Shown one piece after another: positions 37,401 to 50,595 of a stretch of DNA of 64,000 nt. The notes below the pieces were generated by a model. That model searched no databases. It was given only the letters and a program-made list of their open reading frames with translations, and was not told the DNA's origin. The stretch is from Cycas panzhihuaensis (Eukaryota; Plantae; Cycadophyta): assembly GCA_023213395.1 (NCBI GenBank), contig CM041465.1, forward strand, positions 227,361,741 through 227,425,740, written 5' to 3'. Within the stretch, counting starts at the first letter, position 1; every line of letters begins with the position of its first letter. Made by a program: the position numbers and the translations under genes.

Positions 37401-40400
37401 TGGCCCTGGATTTAAGAAGTTCATGCACTGATTTTTTAATTTCATTCTTCTGCTAATAAGGATATCTATAAGGTCATATACTAGGTGGATTGCTACTAGC
37501 AATGAGTTCAATAGTATGATCTTGTTCCCTTTCTGGAGGAATCCCCTTAGGAATATCTTCAAAAACCTTGTTATGTTTGGCTAATACTTCTTGTAATTCG
37601 GGTGTTAGGTTATTGTCCTTATGAAGATCTTCCTTTGTTACTAACTCATGCCCTTCTAATGTATAACATCTAGCTATAAGTCCTATTCCTCCCTTTCTTA
37701 GAAGCTTCTCCATCTTATGTGAACTGATGACCTATGATAGAGGTAGGATAATTTCATTGAGTTGGTATTGTTACCCTCCTGAGTTAAAATGAATGAATAA
37801 TTCCTCTAAGTTAAGTTGAAAAGTACCTAATGTTTTTAGCTATTGTACTCCCAAAACCACATCAACTCCTCCCACTGGAATGGCATACATTGAGGAAGCC
37901 AATTGGTAATCTCCCATAGTTATTTTAATATTATGAGATTTACCTCCACAGGCTAATGTACCACCATTGGCAACCATAACTTGAAAATTCTTAACCAGAT
38001 AAAGAAAACAATTTAATTCTTCTATAACTTTCCTATTGATAAAATTATGTGTGCTTCCTAAATCAATTAAGATGACTACCCTTTTTTTCTTGATGTATCC
38101 TATAATCTTCAAAGTTTGTAGAGCTGTAACCCCTACTAAAGCATGGATAGATATTATCGTTGTGTTCTCTTCTTCAATGTCTAGTGGTTTAAAAGCTATG
38201 TCATCTTCTATAATGGCTTCTTCTAGATCTTCTTCCTTTGTATCTTCAATGATGAATAGTCATTTTTCTAAATAATTATGATCTTTATTCCACTTCTCAT
38301 TGCATCGAAAATAAATACCCTTTAGCCTTTTCTCATCCCTTTCTTTAGCTATCATCCTTCATGTTGTAGGAATGTATGGGCTTCTTTTTTCTTCCCCCAT
38401 CCTATTATATTTTTGGGTAGCCCTATTTTTAGCTTCAATTTATCGAGCTACTATGATTGCTTTTGTTAGGATACTCAGTTTCAACAAGTGCAATTCATAT
38501 CATATATCTAATTTTGAACCCCCAATATATAGTTCAAGTATTTTTTCATTATTGAGATCATCAACTAAGGTGGCTAATTTTTGGTGTTCTATAGTGTATT
38601 CTAATATTGTTCCTTCTTGTTTTAGTTTAGCCAACTAACTAAAGTAGTCATCATCCTAAATATTATCAAATTACATTAAAAGATCCTCAACAAAATTTTC
38701 CTACTTATATGATATTCCTTCACGCTTCTTCTTTATCCACTGGTACCACTGGAAGGGTTCTGATTCCATATGTAAAGAAGCTAAGATGATTTTTTTATCA
38801 GATGATACTTAGTGAAGACTAAAAATTATTCCATTTAGCTGACCCAAGTCCTCACATCTTTTCCATTAAATTTCCTAATTTCCACTTTAGGGAGATAATT
38901 GGATCGTAGCCCTCCTTGGTCATGGTGATCACCTTCATTCCCTATCTTATCCTTCCCCTTCGAAGATCCCTCATTATATTTTTGTAATCCTAATTAACTT
39001 GTAATCTTTTGAAGGGTTTCATCATTTTTTTTAATTACATCTTTAAACTTACCCATTGTGTAATTGTTCTATTACATTGGCATTTTCATCCCATGTTGGG
39101 TTATTTTTTAGGGCCATGGTTACAAAACCTAATCGAAGTTGAATGTTTACTTTTTAAAAGGTATCTAGAAAATGTATCTACCAAAAATAACCTAACTAGC
39201 GTTTAGTCACTAGAATCACACTAATGAAGACCAATAACATAGGGCTTTCTAGGTCTAGGATTGTCTGGTTTATAGGCCCTCTGATAGACTAATCCCAGTC
39301 ATAAATAACATCAACTTGTAGAGGCTAACACTCTACTCTACAATCGTACTACCTTATCTCTAGGGAATGTGGAGGGTAATTTCCTAGGGCTAACTAATTA
39401 TTATATACTACAAATTACAGATGACTGGCAGGTCTCCTATGGTTACCTATACTAGGAATACATACCTAGGGGGGTCCTCCTATATACTCATAGGTATGTG
39501 GAGACTCAATTCTGTAGTTGAGTTCTGTTTAAGGATTGGTTCAAGAGTCCTTTTCACAAGGGCAAGAAAAAAAGAACCATAATGTGCTTAGCCCAAAATG
39601 ATAGTTGCTCATGATTTTTATAGACCCCGGATATAGGGTCTCTAGCCTAGACCAACTAAAAATATTATAAACAAAAAGTAAAGTACTATAAATTATTAAG
39701 AGAAAATGACAAAACTATTTCTCTCTAAAAATTATAGTTGAAAAATACATAAAATATAGATTAAAATAATGACCTCTTAAAATATAATTCTAATAATTTA
39801 GACAAAATTGAATTTTGATATTTAGATCAAAAGTTATTACTCTTTTAATAAATTCATTGTTAGGGTTTTTAAGGACTATAATAGTACCTACTAGTAAAAT
39901 GCTAACAACTTTTTATTATAAACTCCTATCAACTCAAAACTACTTCCATCAGAAAGTAAATTTAAAAACACATAGAATTAAATAAAATTTGAGGTCATTT
40001 AGATACCTATAGCCAAAGTTATAGCACTTAAAAGTTGAGGTTGCAAATTTGTCCTAAAAATACGGTGATGGAAAAGAAGTAGGCCAAAATTAATTTTGCT
40101 ATAATTTTCACAATTTCACCCTAAAATCTATAGTGAGACCACTCAAAATTTATAGGGTGAGTAATTTTGTCTCAAATTCACCCTTTAAAAACCCTTAATG
40201 GCACCTCCTAGATTGCTTCTCTAATACTAATTGTAATAAACCTAAATTAAAAGAGAGAAATCCAATTGCATATGGTAACACAAGAGCCAAAATTACATAT
40301 AAGAGTATGAAGCATCCATAATCACATGTATCAATGGGCCTCTTTGAGGGGGCAACCTCACATAAGATCACAATACTTCTAGATGATCCTCACTCCTACA

Positions 40401-40522
40401 TTACATACATATATATAGGGCTATTAAGATTGCCCATCTCTTGGACTTATAAATGTGGGATAATTACAAGAATAGAAATATAAGATTTGAGAAGAAGAGA
40501 GATAAGGGTTGGGTTCTTAATA
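34456..40522 (-). mobile_element. Element G: Ty3/gypsy chromovirus (short LTRs, ~6 kb, Reina-like), innermost and youngest member of the nest
   Basis: LTRs 34456-34750 and 40232-40522 (~7% mismatch, one 4-bp indel), perfect TSD ATAAT, poly-C PPT (rc) at 34754-34770, decayed PBS (rc) ctctaatacta at 40219-40229. Confidence 0.95.
34790..39100 (-). pseudogene. Element G gag-pol (degenerate)
   Basis: Protease [52 protein letters not shown], integrase EWWYNTTYH..TPFQALYG, chromodomain EYLIKWK*LPHDDST*ES. Confidence 0.92.
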
Positions 40523-40969
40523 ATAATCCTAATAACCATTAAGAAAAACTAAAAATCGTAATGCAAAATTAAAATTAACCTAGTCCAATATCTGTCATAG
40601 CCATAGGATATGCATGTACCATTTGACTCTTTGGAGGAGGTATATAGTTGCTCACTTATGAACTAGGTGAGGAATAAGAGTACCTAGGATCTATTGTGAC
40701 TTGGATTTTATCACCAAACATAGATGTAGATATCACAGGTGAAGGCCTTAATCATATACTAAAAGCCTTAGGCATCAAAACCTCACCTACATTTGGACAT
40801 AAGTTGGAGGTTAATGGCATGACACATAATAACTCTTTACCAGCTCTATATTAGGTATCATTGCTTATATTCATTTTTTATAGTTATTAAAAAATATAGA
40901 ATCATTACTTGCTTCTCATCATAGTATTCAGTTCTACATCTCTGCTATACTAGGTATACTAGTCAAACA

Positions 40970-43900
40970 TGTTAGTGGCACATACTTCTATCATCTCTTC
41001 TACTTATTCATCATCACCATATCATCTCAATTCAAGCAGAATATCACTGCATATTAAAAGGTAAAGAAAATTGGGATTTGTAGTACACTGGAGTTAAAAA
41101 TGTTGTAAAGTATAAAGGTCTTTGGAGAGTCTATTTACAACGTACACCCATCATATCTGCAATAGTTACAATACCTACTTCTGGTGGATCTGCTCTAATA
41201 GCTCCTATAGATGTTGTAGCCAAACTATAATCGGAGATAGATGATGAAAAGATTCACGCAAGAATTATGTTGGTTACTGATCACTCCTTATATAACTTGA
41301 TTAATGAAGAGAAACATGATATAACCTGGAAGGTCCTTGAAGTTCTCAAGAAGAACTTTAATACCAAGTCAGATTTAGAATTTGTTCATCTTATTCTAAA
41401 AATGAACAAATTAAAAATATAGAAGGGGCGAGCTTATGAGATAATAAATCTCATTTAACTAATAAAACAAGTAATTGATAAAGATTTTAAGATCCAATGT
41501 ATCACTTGGCCATTCTTGATCTAATCATATCTACATGTCCCTGATTATAAAAACTTGCTTGGAAGTCTTCAATCTAGTGGAACATTAAAGACACTCAACA
41601 TCAAAGCACTTACAAAGAAATTCATAGAATTTGAAAAGACCTTTGATACCAACTTTATAGCCTCTAACTCTCTTCTAGATGCAGCCTTTGAGGTGGAAGA
41701 AGAAGCTTGCTATATAAAAACTCAAGTTCTCTCTTATGGCAGAAGAAACAACTAAGCAAGAGGAAGAGGAAGAAATATGGAAAATCATCCACAAGGTCAA
41801 CCAAACCCTTAGTCACAACCTCGATAGTCTCAAGGCCAAGGGCCACCTCAACAAAGAGAAAGATAATTAGGTCAAACTAGTACCTCTTTAGGGACTGTTA
41901 ATCAAATTATTATATATGATCAGTGTAACCGTAAAGGACACTTTACAAAATATTGTAGAACTGCCACTTATAATTTGGCCAAGTTCTAACTAAAACATAG
42001 AGCTCATAATGTTGAAGAACTTGTGAATAATCCTTTAGTGGTGTAGTTTTGTACAAGTACACTTTCAAAGGATTGAGGAATCTTCATTATCAAATACCAT
42101 TGACCAACTAAAGAGATACTTTGAAGCTCAATATGGATATATCACTTATGAATTCCCTTCATCAATGCTAATTCCTATTGGAATTACAAATAGTGTGGCT
42201 TTAATCGATAGACAGTGGATCATGGATATACGAGCAACTCAATATATGACATGCAATCATAGTCTATATTAAATATTTGATTCAAATATTCAAGAAGTTA
42301 TTCACATGGCTGATAAATCACAACAACCTGTTGAAGGAATTAGTAACATACGCTTGAAACTCCTAGGCTTAAGAGATTTTACATTGCTTGATGTCCTATA
42401 CATACCTAATCTCAAACAAAACCTACTCTCCTTATCCATACTTATCTCTTATGGATTTAATTTGAGTGTAACTGCAAATGACCAGACTCTCTAGGTTATT
42501 CACACTCCAACTGATTGAGTTATCTTGATTGGACATCTCAGTAGTAAACTCTTTCTACTAAATAGCTCTCTATCTTCTAAAGCCTATTGTGTCCAAAGCC
42601 CTTGTGCCAATGAAGAATTTACATTTAACTCCATCCTAACCCACTCAGCGTTGCCACCGGAAGCTCTTTGACATGCTTGTATGGGCCATGTTCACATTGA
42701 TAGACTTAGAGATCTTTGTAACACTCTTCTAAATCTTCTAAAGTTCTCCTCCAAGCTCTTCAAATGTGAAGCTTGTATCATTGCCAAATCTCATTGACAA
42801 CCCTTTACCAAAAGTTAGTAGAAATCTAGCCATTTATTATAATTGGTACACTATGATCTATGTAGACCAATGTACATTCCTTCACTGAAGGGTAAGTTAT
42901 ATTGCATCTCTTTCATTGATGATTTCACTAGAAAAGTATGGGTAGCTTTTCTACACAAGAAAGATGAAGCCTTATGTATATTCATAAAATTCAAATCCTG
43001 TATTAAAAAAGAGTCAGGTTATCAACTCAAATATCTTCAAACTGATAATAGTGGTGAATATACCTCACATGAGTTTGAAAGCTACCTTCGAGACATTGAT
43101 ATCAAACATTAAACAATAGTAGCAAGTGCCCCACAACAAAATGGAGTTGCTGAGCATATGAATAGGACAATCATGAATATGGCTTGGGCTATGTTAATAT
43201 ACAAAAATATACCTGCCTACCTAGGGGCTAAAGCCATCTGGATAGTTATTTATTGTATTAATGCTATTAGTCTATCAAATAAAGGATAATCACCTAATGA
43301 AAAGTGATCAGGACAAGCCCCTATTATTCACTACTTTAAAATTTTTAGCTCTACATGTTATACCTATATTATGGATATAGATCAAAATAAACTCTAGCCA
43401 AGGGCACTTAAAGGTATCTTTTATATACCTAGTGGATAAAAAAGGGTATAAGGTCTTTATACCTTCATAATGAAAATCATTGTTACTAGAGATGTTGTTT
43501 TTGTAGAGATAGAGGATTAGTTACTTAGACTAGACCCCAATATACCCTCACATAACTATAATAATATTATCAAGTATGATGTTCAGATTCTAAAATTTCT
43601 GGGGGGTAGGGGGTGGGGAGATAGACATAAATTACTCTAAATATTAGAAGCCAATAATAGAGCCTCATAAAATATAAGTTATGACTCTGAACCAATGAAT
43701 GCATATCTAGAACCATCCTTTGAAGATAGTAAACTTAATAAAGGTAAAGACATTATAACAGAATCATCCTCTCCATCTTCAGTTGACAAAGATAAAACAG
43801 TGGTAGAAGGATCATCTTCCTTAGGAACATTAACATCCTCCTCATAAAATGATCATTTTAATGAATAAGATAAGAACTAAGAAGTTGAGGAAATGAGGAC

Positions 43901-45590
43901 CTCATTCCCAACTCGAGTATCTTGTAAAGGTCACCAACTCAATAAGGACATACAACCAGATGAGGTAAGAAAAACTATCACTTAAAGTACCCATAGAGAA
44001 AGGATGCAAGAATTATTATATATTGATCTTGAACTAGTAAAATTGCATCTTACTCTTAATGAAGAGCCCCTCTCATACCGTGAAGTCAGAAACATACGCC
44101 TAGAGAAATGCAATGAATGAAGAATACCAATCTCTTATAAAAAATAGTACATGGGAGCTCGTTGATCTACCACTTAGTAGAAAGGTAGTTTAAAATAAAT
44201 AGGTGTTCAAAAATAAATATAGATTAGATAGCACCCTTAAAAACACAAGGCAAGGGTAGTATCTAAAGGGTTTAGACAAAGGGAAGGTATCAACTGCATT
44301 GAAGTCTTTACACCTACAACCAAGTGGCTTATAATTAGAACTCTTATGGCCTTAGCTACTCAATAGGGTTGAAAAATCTACCAACTCGATATTAAGACCA
44401 CATTTCCTAATAGGGATCTTGAAAAAGAAATTTACATAGCTCAACCAGAAAGATATAAGATCAAAGGTTAAAAGTATAAGGTTTGCATACTCAGAAAGTC
44501 CTTGTATGGCCTTAAACAAGCCCATCGTGCTTGGTTTTCCAAGTTGTCTAAAAGAATGAGGTAACTTAGATATAAGGTTTATGACTACCAAGATATTGAT
44601 GCAATATTATTCATCAAGTGTCAAAAGGACACAGTCACTTATCTCATAATCTTTGTAGATGATACGCTACTAATGGGTAACAATGAATAAGCAATAAGCC
44701 AACTAAAAAATGACCTTCGCAAAATGTTCAAATTGTTTGACCTTGATTTGATGAAATATTACTTAGGAATTGAAGTAACACAAAGGAATATAAATTTTTT
44801 TCTCTCCCAAGAAAAATACATGAACGATCTTCTAAGTTTCAATTAGAAGATACTCGACCAATGGCTTTACCTATGGACACTAATACCAAACTCTCAGTTG
44901 ATGGTGATACTAGGGAGGTAAACGTAACACTCTATATGAAACTTGTAGGTAGTCTCATCTACACTACTAATATAAGGCTAGATATTACACACTATGTTGG
45001 CATTCTTGCATGATCCATGATAAATCCTAAGTAATATCACTAGCAGGCTACAATTTGAGTGTTAAAATACCTAAAGACAACCAACAAATTTGGTTTGTTA
45101 TATGAACCTAATAATAAATTTAAGCTTTTTGCATACACAGACTTAGACTTTGTAGGAGATAAAGATATAAGAAGATCAATGTTTAAGTATGTAATATTTC
45201 TTGGAATAGCACCAATATCATGGAGGTCTAGATAGCAGAAGATAGTTGTTGATTCAACTACTAAAGTCAAATACATTACTGCTTCTAAGACTAGCAAGGA
45301 GGTGATATGGCTTAGAAAATTATTGGAAACATTGAATATCACCTAAACAAGTCCTATCAGCCTTGGTGTGGATAATCAATTAGTAATCCACATGGCAAAA
45401 AATCTTATATTTTATGATCATACCAAACATATAAGTATGAAAGTCCATAGGATTAGAGAACTTGTTTATGACGACACAATTCAACTAAAATACTACCCTA
45501 CAGCAGATCAACTGGTTGATATTTCACCAAACCACTCCAAAAGTTAAAGTTTGAATAGTTCTGAAGGTAGCTTAGCCTTAGGGCCTTTAT
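40970..45590 (+). pseudogene. Element F gag-pol (degenerate)
   Basis: gag LKGKENWDL*Y..KGLW, zinc knuckle C.RKGH...C, integrase VHYDLCRPM..YCISFIDDFTRKVWV, RT LIIFVDDTLL, RNase H HTKHI. Confidence 0.88.
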
Positions 45591-45627
45591 CTTCAACTGA
45601 TCAAAGAAGATGGAAATAGGATCATCA

Positions 45628-45734
45628 TACTCTATTCTATTCGTGAAAACCCCTTATAGGTGTAGAAGAATAAGAGTAAGTCTCTACTCTATCCTATTTG
45701 TGAAAACCCCATGTGGGCATGGAAGGATAAGGGT
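45628..45734 (+). repeat. Two-copy 57-bp tandem repeat in the 3' UTR of F
   Basis: tactctatYctattYgtgaaaacccc...aagRataagRgt at 45628 and 45685. Confidence 0.75.
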
Positions 45735-46480
45735 TATACTAGTTTTGGAAAATTATAACCTATAAAAACCTAAAATGGCATAGGGGATGACCAAACGATA
45801 TATGGAAACTTAGCAGATTAAGTTGTACATTTAAGTTATTTAGTTATCAGGCTACATCAAAGAGCCACCTTAGCCATTTTGATTTATAAAAAGGGCTATA
45901 GATCCTAGAAAATACATGGGTTTTTATTCCACATGAGGGTTTTCCTACGAAAGTGTTATTTAGAATTTTAATATAATAATGAGGCTTAAATGAGGACCTC
46001 ATAGAATATATTTTCTCAAAATGATCTTCCATAATTAAGGGGGGGATTGAAAGAGGTTAATGTATCAAGTTCATTTGTGTAGATTATTAAGTGACCTTAG
46101 GATATATTGTTAGCATTAATCTCTTAGTGAAATACACTTTACATGCATTTAGATATAATTTTGGGTTTATGTCATTAGGTGGGAAAATCCTAACCCTAAT
46201 GCTCACCCTTAATAATAAAAGGTGAAATCTCAAGGAGGGAGTCATTATTCATTCTCACCTCCAAGCTTGCTCTTATATCTTGTTTTATCTCTTTTTAATT
46301 CTCCATTGTCATTATATGCATATGAGTGATTTATTCCCTAGATCCATCTTTTCTTCACTAATATCAATCCTTAATGATTTGGTGGCCCCTGCTTGCTAGT
46401 GCTTAAGAAATGTAGGATTACATTATATAGACCAAAACCTCAAGGTATTAATGAAGACCACCTAAGTGTGTAATATAAAA

Positions 46481-49400
46481 AATGTGTATACTTGGTAAGT
46501 CTATTGATAATTATGACTATTGAGTCAAACCCAATAGATAATGATGATTCAATGATGAAATCCATAACAATATCCTACCATTTACCTTAAGGTATATTCA
46601 CAAGTTAAAGGAGGCTAGGTTGAGATTTTGTATTGACTTTATTACTCTAACAAGTATTGTATTTAGAGACAAATAAAAGGATAGAAGATTTTTGTTGGCC
46701 CTATAAAAGTTAGATAAAATGTATCTATATGTTTTGTTAGATCCTGAATGACCACCAAGGAGAGTGGAATGGTATTCGGTCAAAATTCAAGGGATGAATG
46801 ATGAGGTGATATGGACAAAAAATTGATTTCAATAAAAGAGTTGGGAATTATAGAAAGACCAATATTTGTATATATGAATTTTAAATACCCACTTGTCAAA
46901 CTCTAGGTGGGATAGATTTTTAGTTGCTAAGTCTTCTAACCATAATGGTTAGGATTTAATAATTGCATGAATACTAAGTTCACTGGAGGGGGACTCTATG
47001 AGGGGCTCATTGATGAGAGACTCCATGGGGATACAAGAAACAACATCAACAATCACATTTCCCTTGTCTTTTTTATACTCAATGGACAAATCAGACACTT
47101 GTAAATGGTTGATCCATTTAGCTTACTTTTCTAATATGATTAGTTAATCTAAGAATCAACAAAGGCTATGGTGGTCTATTAGGATAGTGAACTTAAAGCC
47201 CAAAAGATATTGATGCCACTTATTAGTAGCATGTAAAATAACTCTCATTTCTTTTTTATAACTACATTTCTAGTTTTTAAGTTTATGACTTTCAAATACT
47301 ATTGAGTGGAAATTTTACATTAAAATAATACCTATACTAAATCTTGAAGCATCACATTCTAATTAGAAGGGCTAAGAGAACTCCAAGGTGGAAAGAATAG
47401 GCTTGGATGCCATAATAGCTTTAAGATTATTTAAAGCTTGTTCTACCTCTCATAACCACTAGAATATATATTTTCATAATAAATTTATGAGTGGAACTAC
47501 TAATAAGGCATAATTACAAATAAACCATCAATAAAATCCTATGAGTTTTAAGAAAGATTGTAGCTAAGTAAGGGTTTTGGGTATATTCTATGTGGTGATA
47601 ATAGAAATTTCATTTGGATCAACTTGGACTCCTTGAAATGAAATAATATGCTCAAGATAGTTTAATTCAATTTTTTTAAATTTATATTTAGGCAATTTAA
47701 TATACAATTGGTATTTGGCAAGGATTCAATGGAACGTTTCTAGATATTATAGATGATCATCTAAATTCTAACTATAAATAAGGATGTCGTAAAAAAAATA
47801 TAATGATGAATTTATAAAGATAAGGGACAAAGATTTTATGCATTAGAGCTGGGAATACTATCGAGGTATTACAGAGGCTAAAAGGCATAATTTAAAATTC
47901 AAAGTACACATGATGTGTTCTAAAGGCAATATTGTGACAGTCTTTCGAGGCAATAAGAATTTGAAAGTATCCAAATTAAAGATCTAATTTGAAGAAAATA
48001 GTTACCCAGTGTACTTCATCTAGTACATTGTTGATTTAGAGTATGAAAAAAATATTTTTAAATGTAATTTTATTAAGTTCTTGATAGTCAACACAAAGTT
48101 GAAAGGATTCATCTTTTTTCCTTACCAAGATAATTAGTGTGGTATACAAGCTTTTATTGGGTTAAATGATGCCTATATATATTAATTAGTTTGTTATCTT
48201 CTTGACTTTATTTTTATGAAAATATGATTTTCTATAAGACTAAAGGCTAATAGGGTCATGTGGTGATTTTAGTTTGATAACATGGTGAAATTTATGGTTT
48301 GGAGAGGTGGTGGCTAGAAGGGGGATGAATACATATTAATATTTATTAAGGAGGTTTTACATAAGAGGAGAAATATTTGTTAAAGATTGAATATTATTAA
48401 TGCAGATGATGTAGCCAATATTGTTGTTTAAATACTTATGCATTTAATTAGGTAATATAATTCAATTGAGAGATGATTGGATCCCCATATAATTTATATG
48501 TTTGGCCCATCTGATCCTTAAATAAGATAAATGGATTAGCTAAAGTATTATTTAAGCTATAAGTGCCTAGTGTTTGGAGCTATTAGACCCTAAGGATGAC
48601 ATCAATTCCTTTTATATATAAAACATAAAAATCAAATGTGAGACAATAAGTACCAATTTAAAGATGAACATTTTTTATAGTACTTGTATAGTGCAAGGTC
48701 TAATGGCTACATAAAGAGTAGGTGAATCTAGTTTTGGGATAATATACAAGTTTAATTATCAAGCTAGGGATATATTGATGAAATTTAATAATGACCATAA
48801 TTAATCAATATTGACATGGGTGTCTTTCAAAAGGTGCATTTTATATAGAGTAGCTCTAGGTAGGATGTGGCAGAAACCATTGTTAGGGATACATCAGGCC
48901 AGGAAATAGGTTAGGGGCTCATCCTAAGGTTTTAGTTCAATTTCAACTTTGAAATCCTCTTTAAGATTAGGGTTAATAGTGAAAATAATGTACCTTGCCT
49001 TATACATTTTAGTATAACCCAGAACCCACATTTTTTAGCACTTAATACAAAGGCCAAGCTTTAGTCAATGATCAACTTCTATAGATGGAATGTGAACTAG
49101 ACCTAAAGAAGGGTGTGGTGCTAGTCATTAGATTTTATCTACTTGAGGATGTTGAATATTGCTAATTAAATTAACAAGGATGCTAACACCATGAAGAGTC
49201 TCTCCTAAAAGTAAATAATCATTCCATTGCATATTCTACTTCAACTACTTATATTATAAAGATGGAATCCTTTAAGGAGTACATAGGAGTAACTTTTAAG
49301 TGCATTTAAATATGCTTATTAAAACCTAAAGTATAAATATTAATAAGAGTTCTACCATTATTAATGAGAGTTATACCATCAAGTTAATGAGAGACTCAAT

Positions 49401-50040
49401 TCTATATTGCCAAAAACTCATCATTGAATACCTCTACTAAAGTTGTTTATCTAAGTTTGGTAAGATGGATAAAGAAAGAGTGATTACATGTGCCATTATA
49501 AAACCCAAAAAAACTCTTGGAGAATAGATACCATATTTAGTGTATTGGATTCTCTTGTCTCCACCATTAGAACCAATAATAGATTTTCCCAGCTAAGTAG
49601 ATTAAATCAAATATTAGTTATTTTGCTACTAATATAGGATTGAAGGTAAAATATGACTCCAACTTACTAACCCAACTTCCAGTAGAATCCCTATTGAGAT
49701 TAAGGTCAAAGGTTGGTATGGTGATCTTATGATGGCCTTATGTTTGTCATGAAGTAAATGGTGGTAGTAGTCCTACGTTGTTGGAGGTGAATAGGCCTAT
49801 AAGTCAGAAACGAAAATTAGATTGCATCCACTTAAGTATTATATCCAACATTTAATAAAAAATGTCATGTTTTTATTTAAACAAGTCTTGTTTTTGTTTG
49901 AATAATCCCTACTTCTAATTGGAATCCTTAACCTACTTATCTAAATTTATGAAGCCCTTGTTTAATATGTCAATATTGTTGGACATTTCTTAGAATTAGA
50001 CATCAAGTGTCTAAATGTGCTCTACTTATGTGGGTACCAT
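46481..50040 (-). pseudogene. Element A gag, protease, RT, RNase H and integrase N-terminal part (degenerate)
   Basis: EYHSTLLGGHSGSNKTY (integrase zinc finger), plus RT and gag motifs collinear with element C. Confidence 0.85.
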
Positions 50041-50553
50041 AGACATAGAATCCAATGTCATGAATAGAATAAAGGGATTAAAAGAAAAGGGGTAGATAAG
50101 AAAAAAGGTATTCACAAAGAGAGGAGAAAAGATAAATAGAATGAGATATTAAGAAGTTGGAAACTAATACAGATGGATAGGGAAAAAAGAGGTACAAAGT
50201 GGGAGAGGTGGTAGGGGGATGTCTATAGCTTATTAGTCCCTAAAAATATCTAATAATGCCACCTAGAGCACTAAGATGAGTGTAAAGAGCTTGTCAAAAT
50301 AGTGTAGATGAGAGTTAAGAGTGAAAATTAGATGGAAAGGCCCACGGGGTGCCTATATATCATTATACCCAAAAAATAATAGTTAAAGTTACCCTAATAG
50401 AAAATGACTAGTGTGATATGTTAATTGAAGTAAGACTTATGAATCTATAAGGTGGTTTTGTAGCTATGGACTTTCTTTTTTTTTCTCTTGAGTCTACTGG
50501 TGCAAGTTTTATTTGAATAAAAGAAGTATTCATGAAAGTGACCCTATAGACTA

Positions 50554-50557
<4 letters not shown>

Positions 50558-50593
<36 letters not shown>
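50558..50593. repeat. (CT)n microsatellite in the leader of A
   Basis: Directly visible. Confidence 0.9.

Positions 50594-50595
<2 letters not shown>

Larger units (their letters stand above)
34057..40716. mobile_element. Element H: probable ~590-bp solo LTR in the leader of F, itself split by G
   Basis: TG...CA segment (34057-34455 plus 40528-40716) flanked by a perfect direct repeat AACAT (34052-34056 / 40717-40721). LTR-like composition. No second copy in the window to confirm it. Confidence 0.55.
32921..46357 (+). mobile_element. Element F: Ty1/copia inserted in the 5' LTR of C
   Basis: LTRs 32921-33231 and 46048-46357 (~13-14% mismatch), TSD ctaac/ctaat, PBS tggtatcaaagc at 33234-33245, PPT aagggggggga before 46048. 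Confidence 0.92.
26424..46427 (-). mobile_element. Element C: Ty3/gypsy chromovirus inserted in the TRIM 5' LTR
   Basis: 3' LTR 26424-26782 with PPT (rc) at 26783-26800. 5' LTR 32626-32920 plus 46363-46427 (split by F). PBS (rc) gctttgatgcc at ~32614-32624, TSD tatac/tagac, ~17% LTR mismatch. Confidence 0.9.
26192..46475 (-). mobile_element. Miniature TRIM/SMART-like element (~275 bp once element C is removed) inserted in the integrase of A
   Basis: Perfect TSD TAAAA (26187-26191 / 46476-46480). 3' LTR 26192-26241, PPT (rc) ttacctcccct, ~160-bp interior, PBS (rc) gttctaatacca at 26392-26403. The 5' LTR is split into 26405-26423 plus 46433-46475. Removing the element restores A's frame KYTHFLLLYTSYKA. 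Confidence 0.8.
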
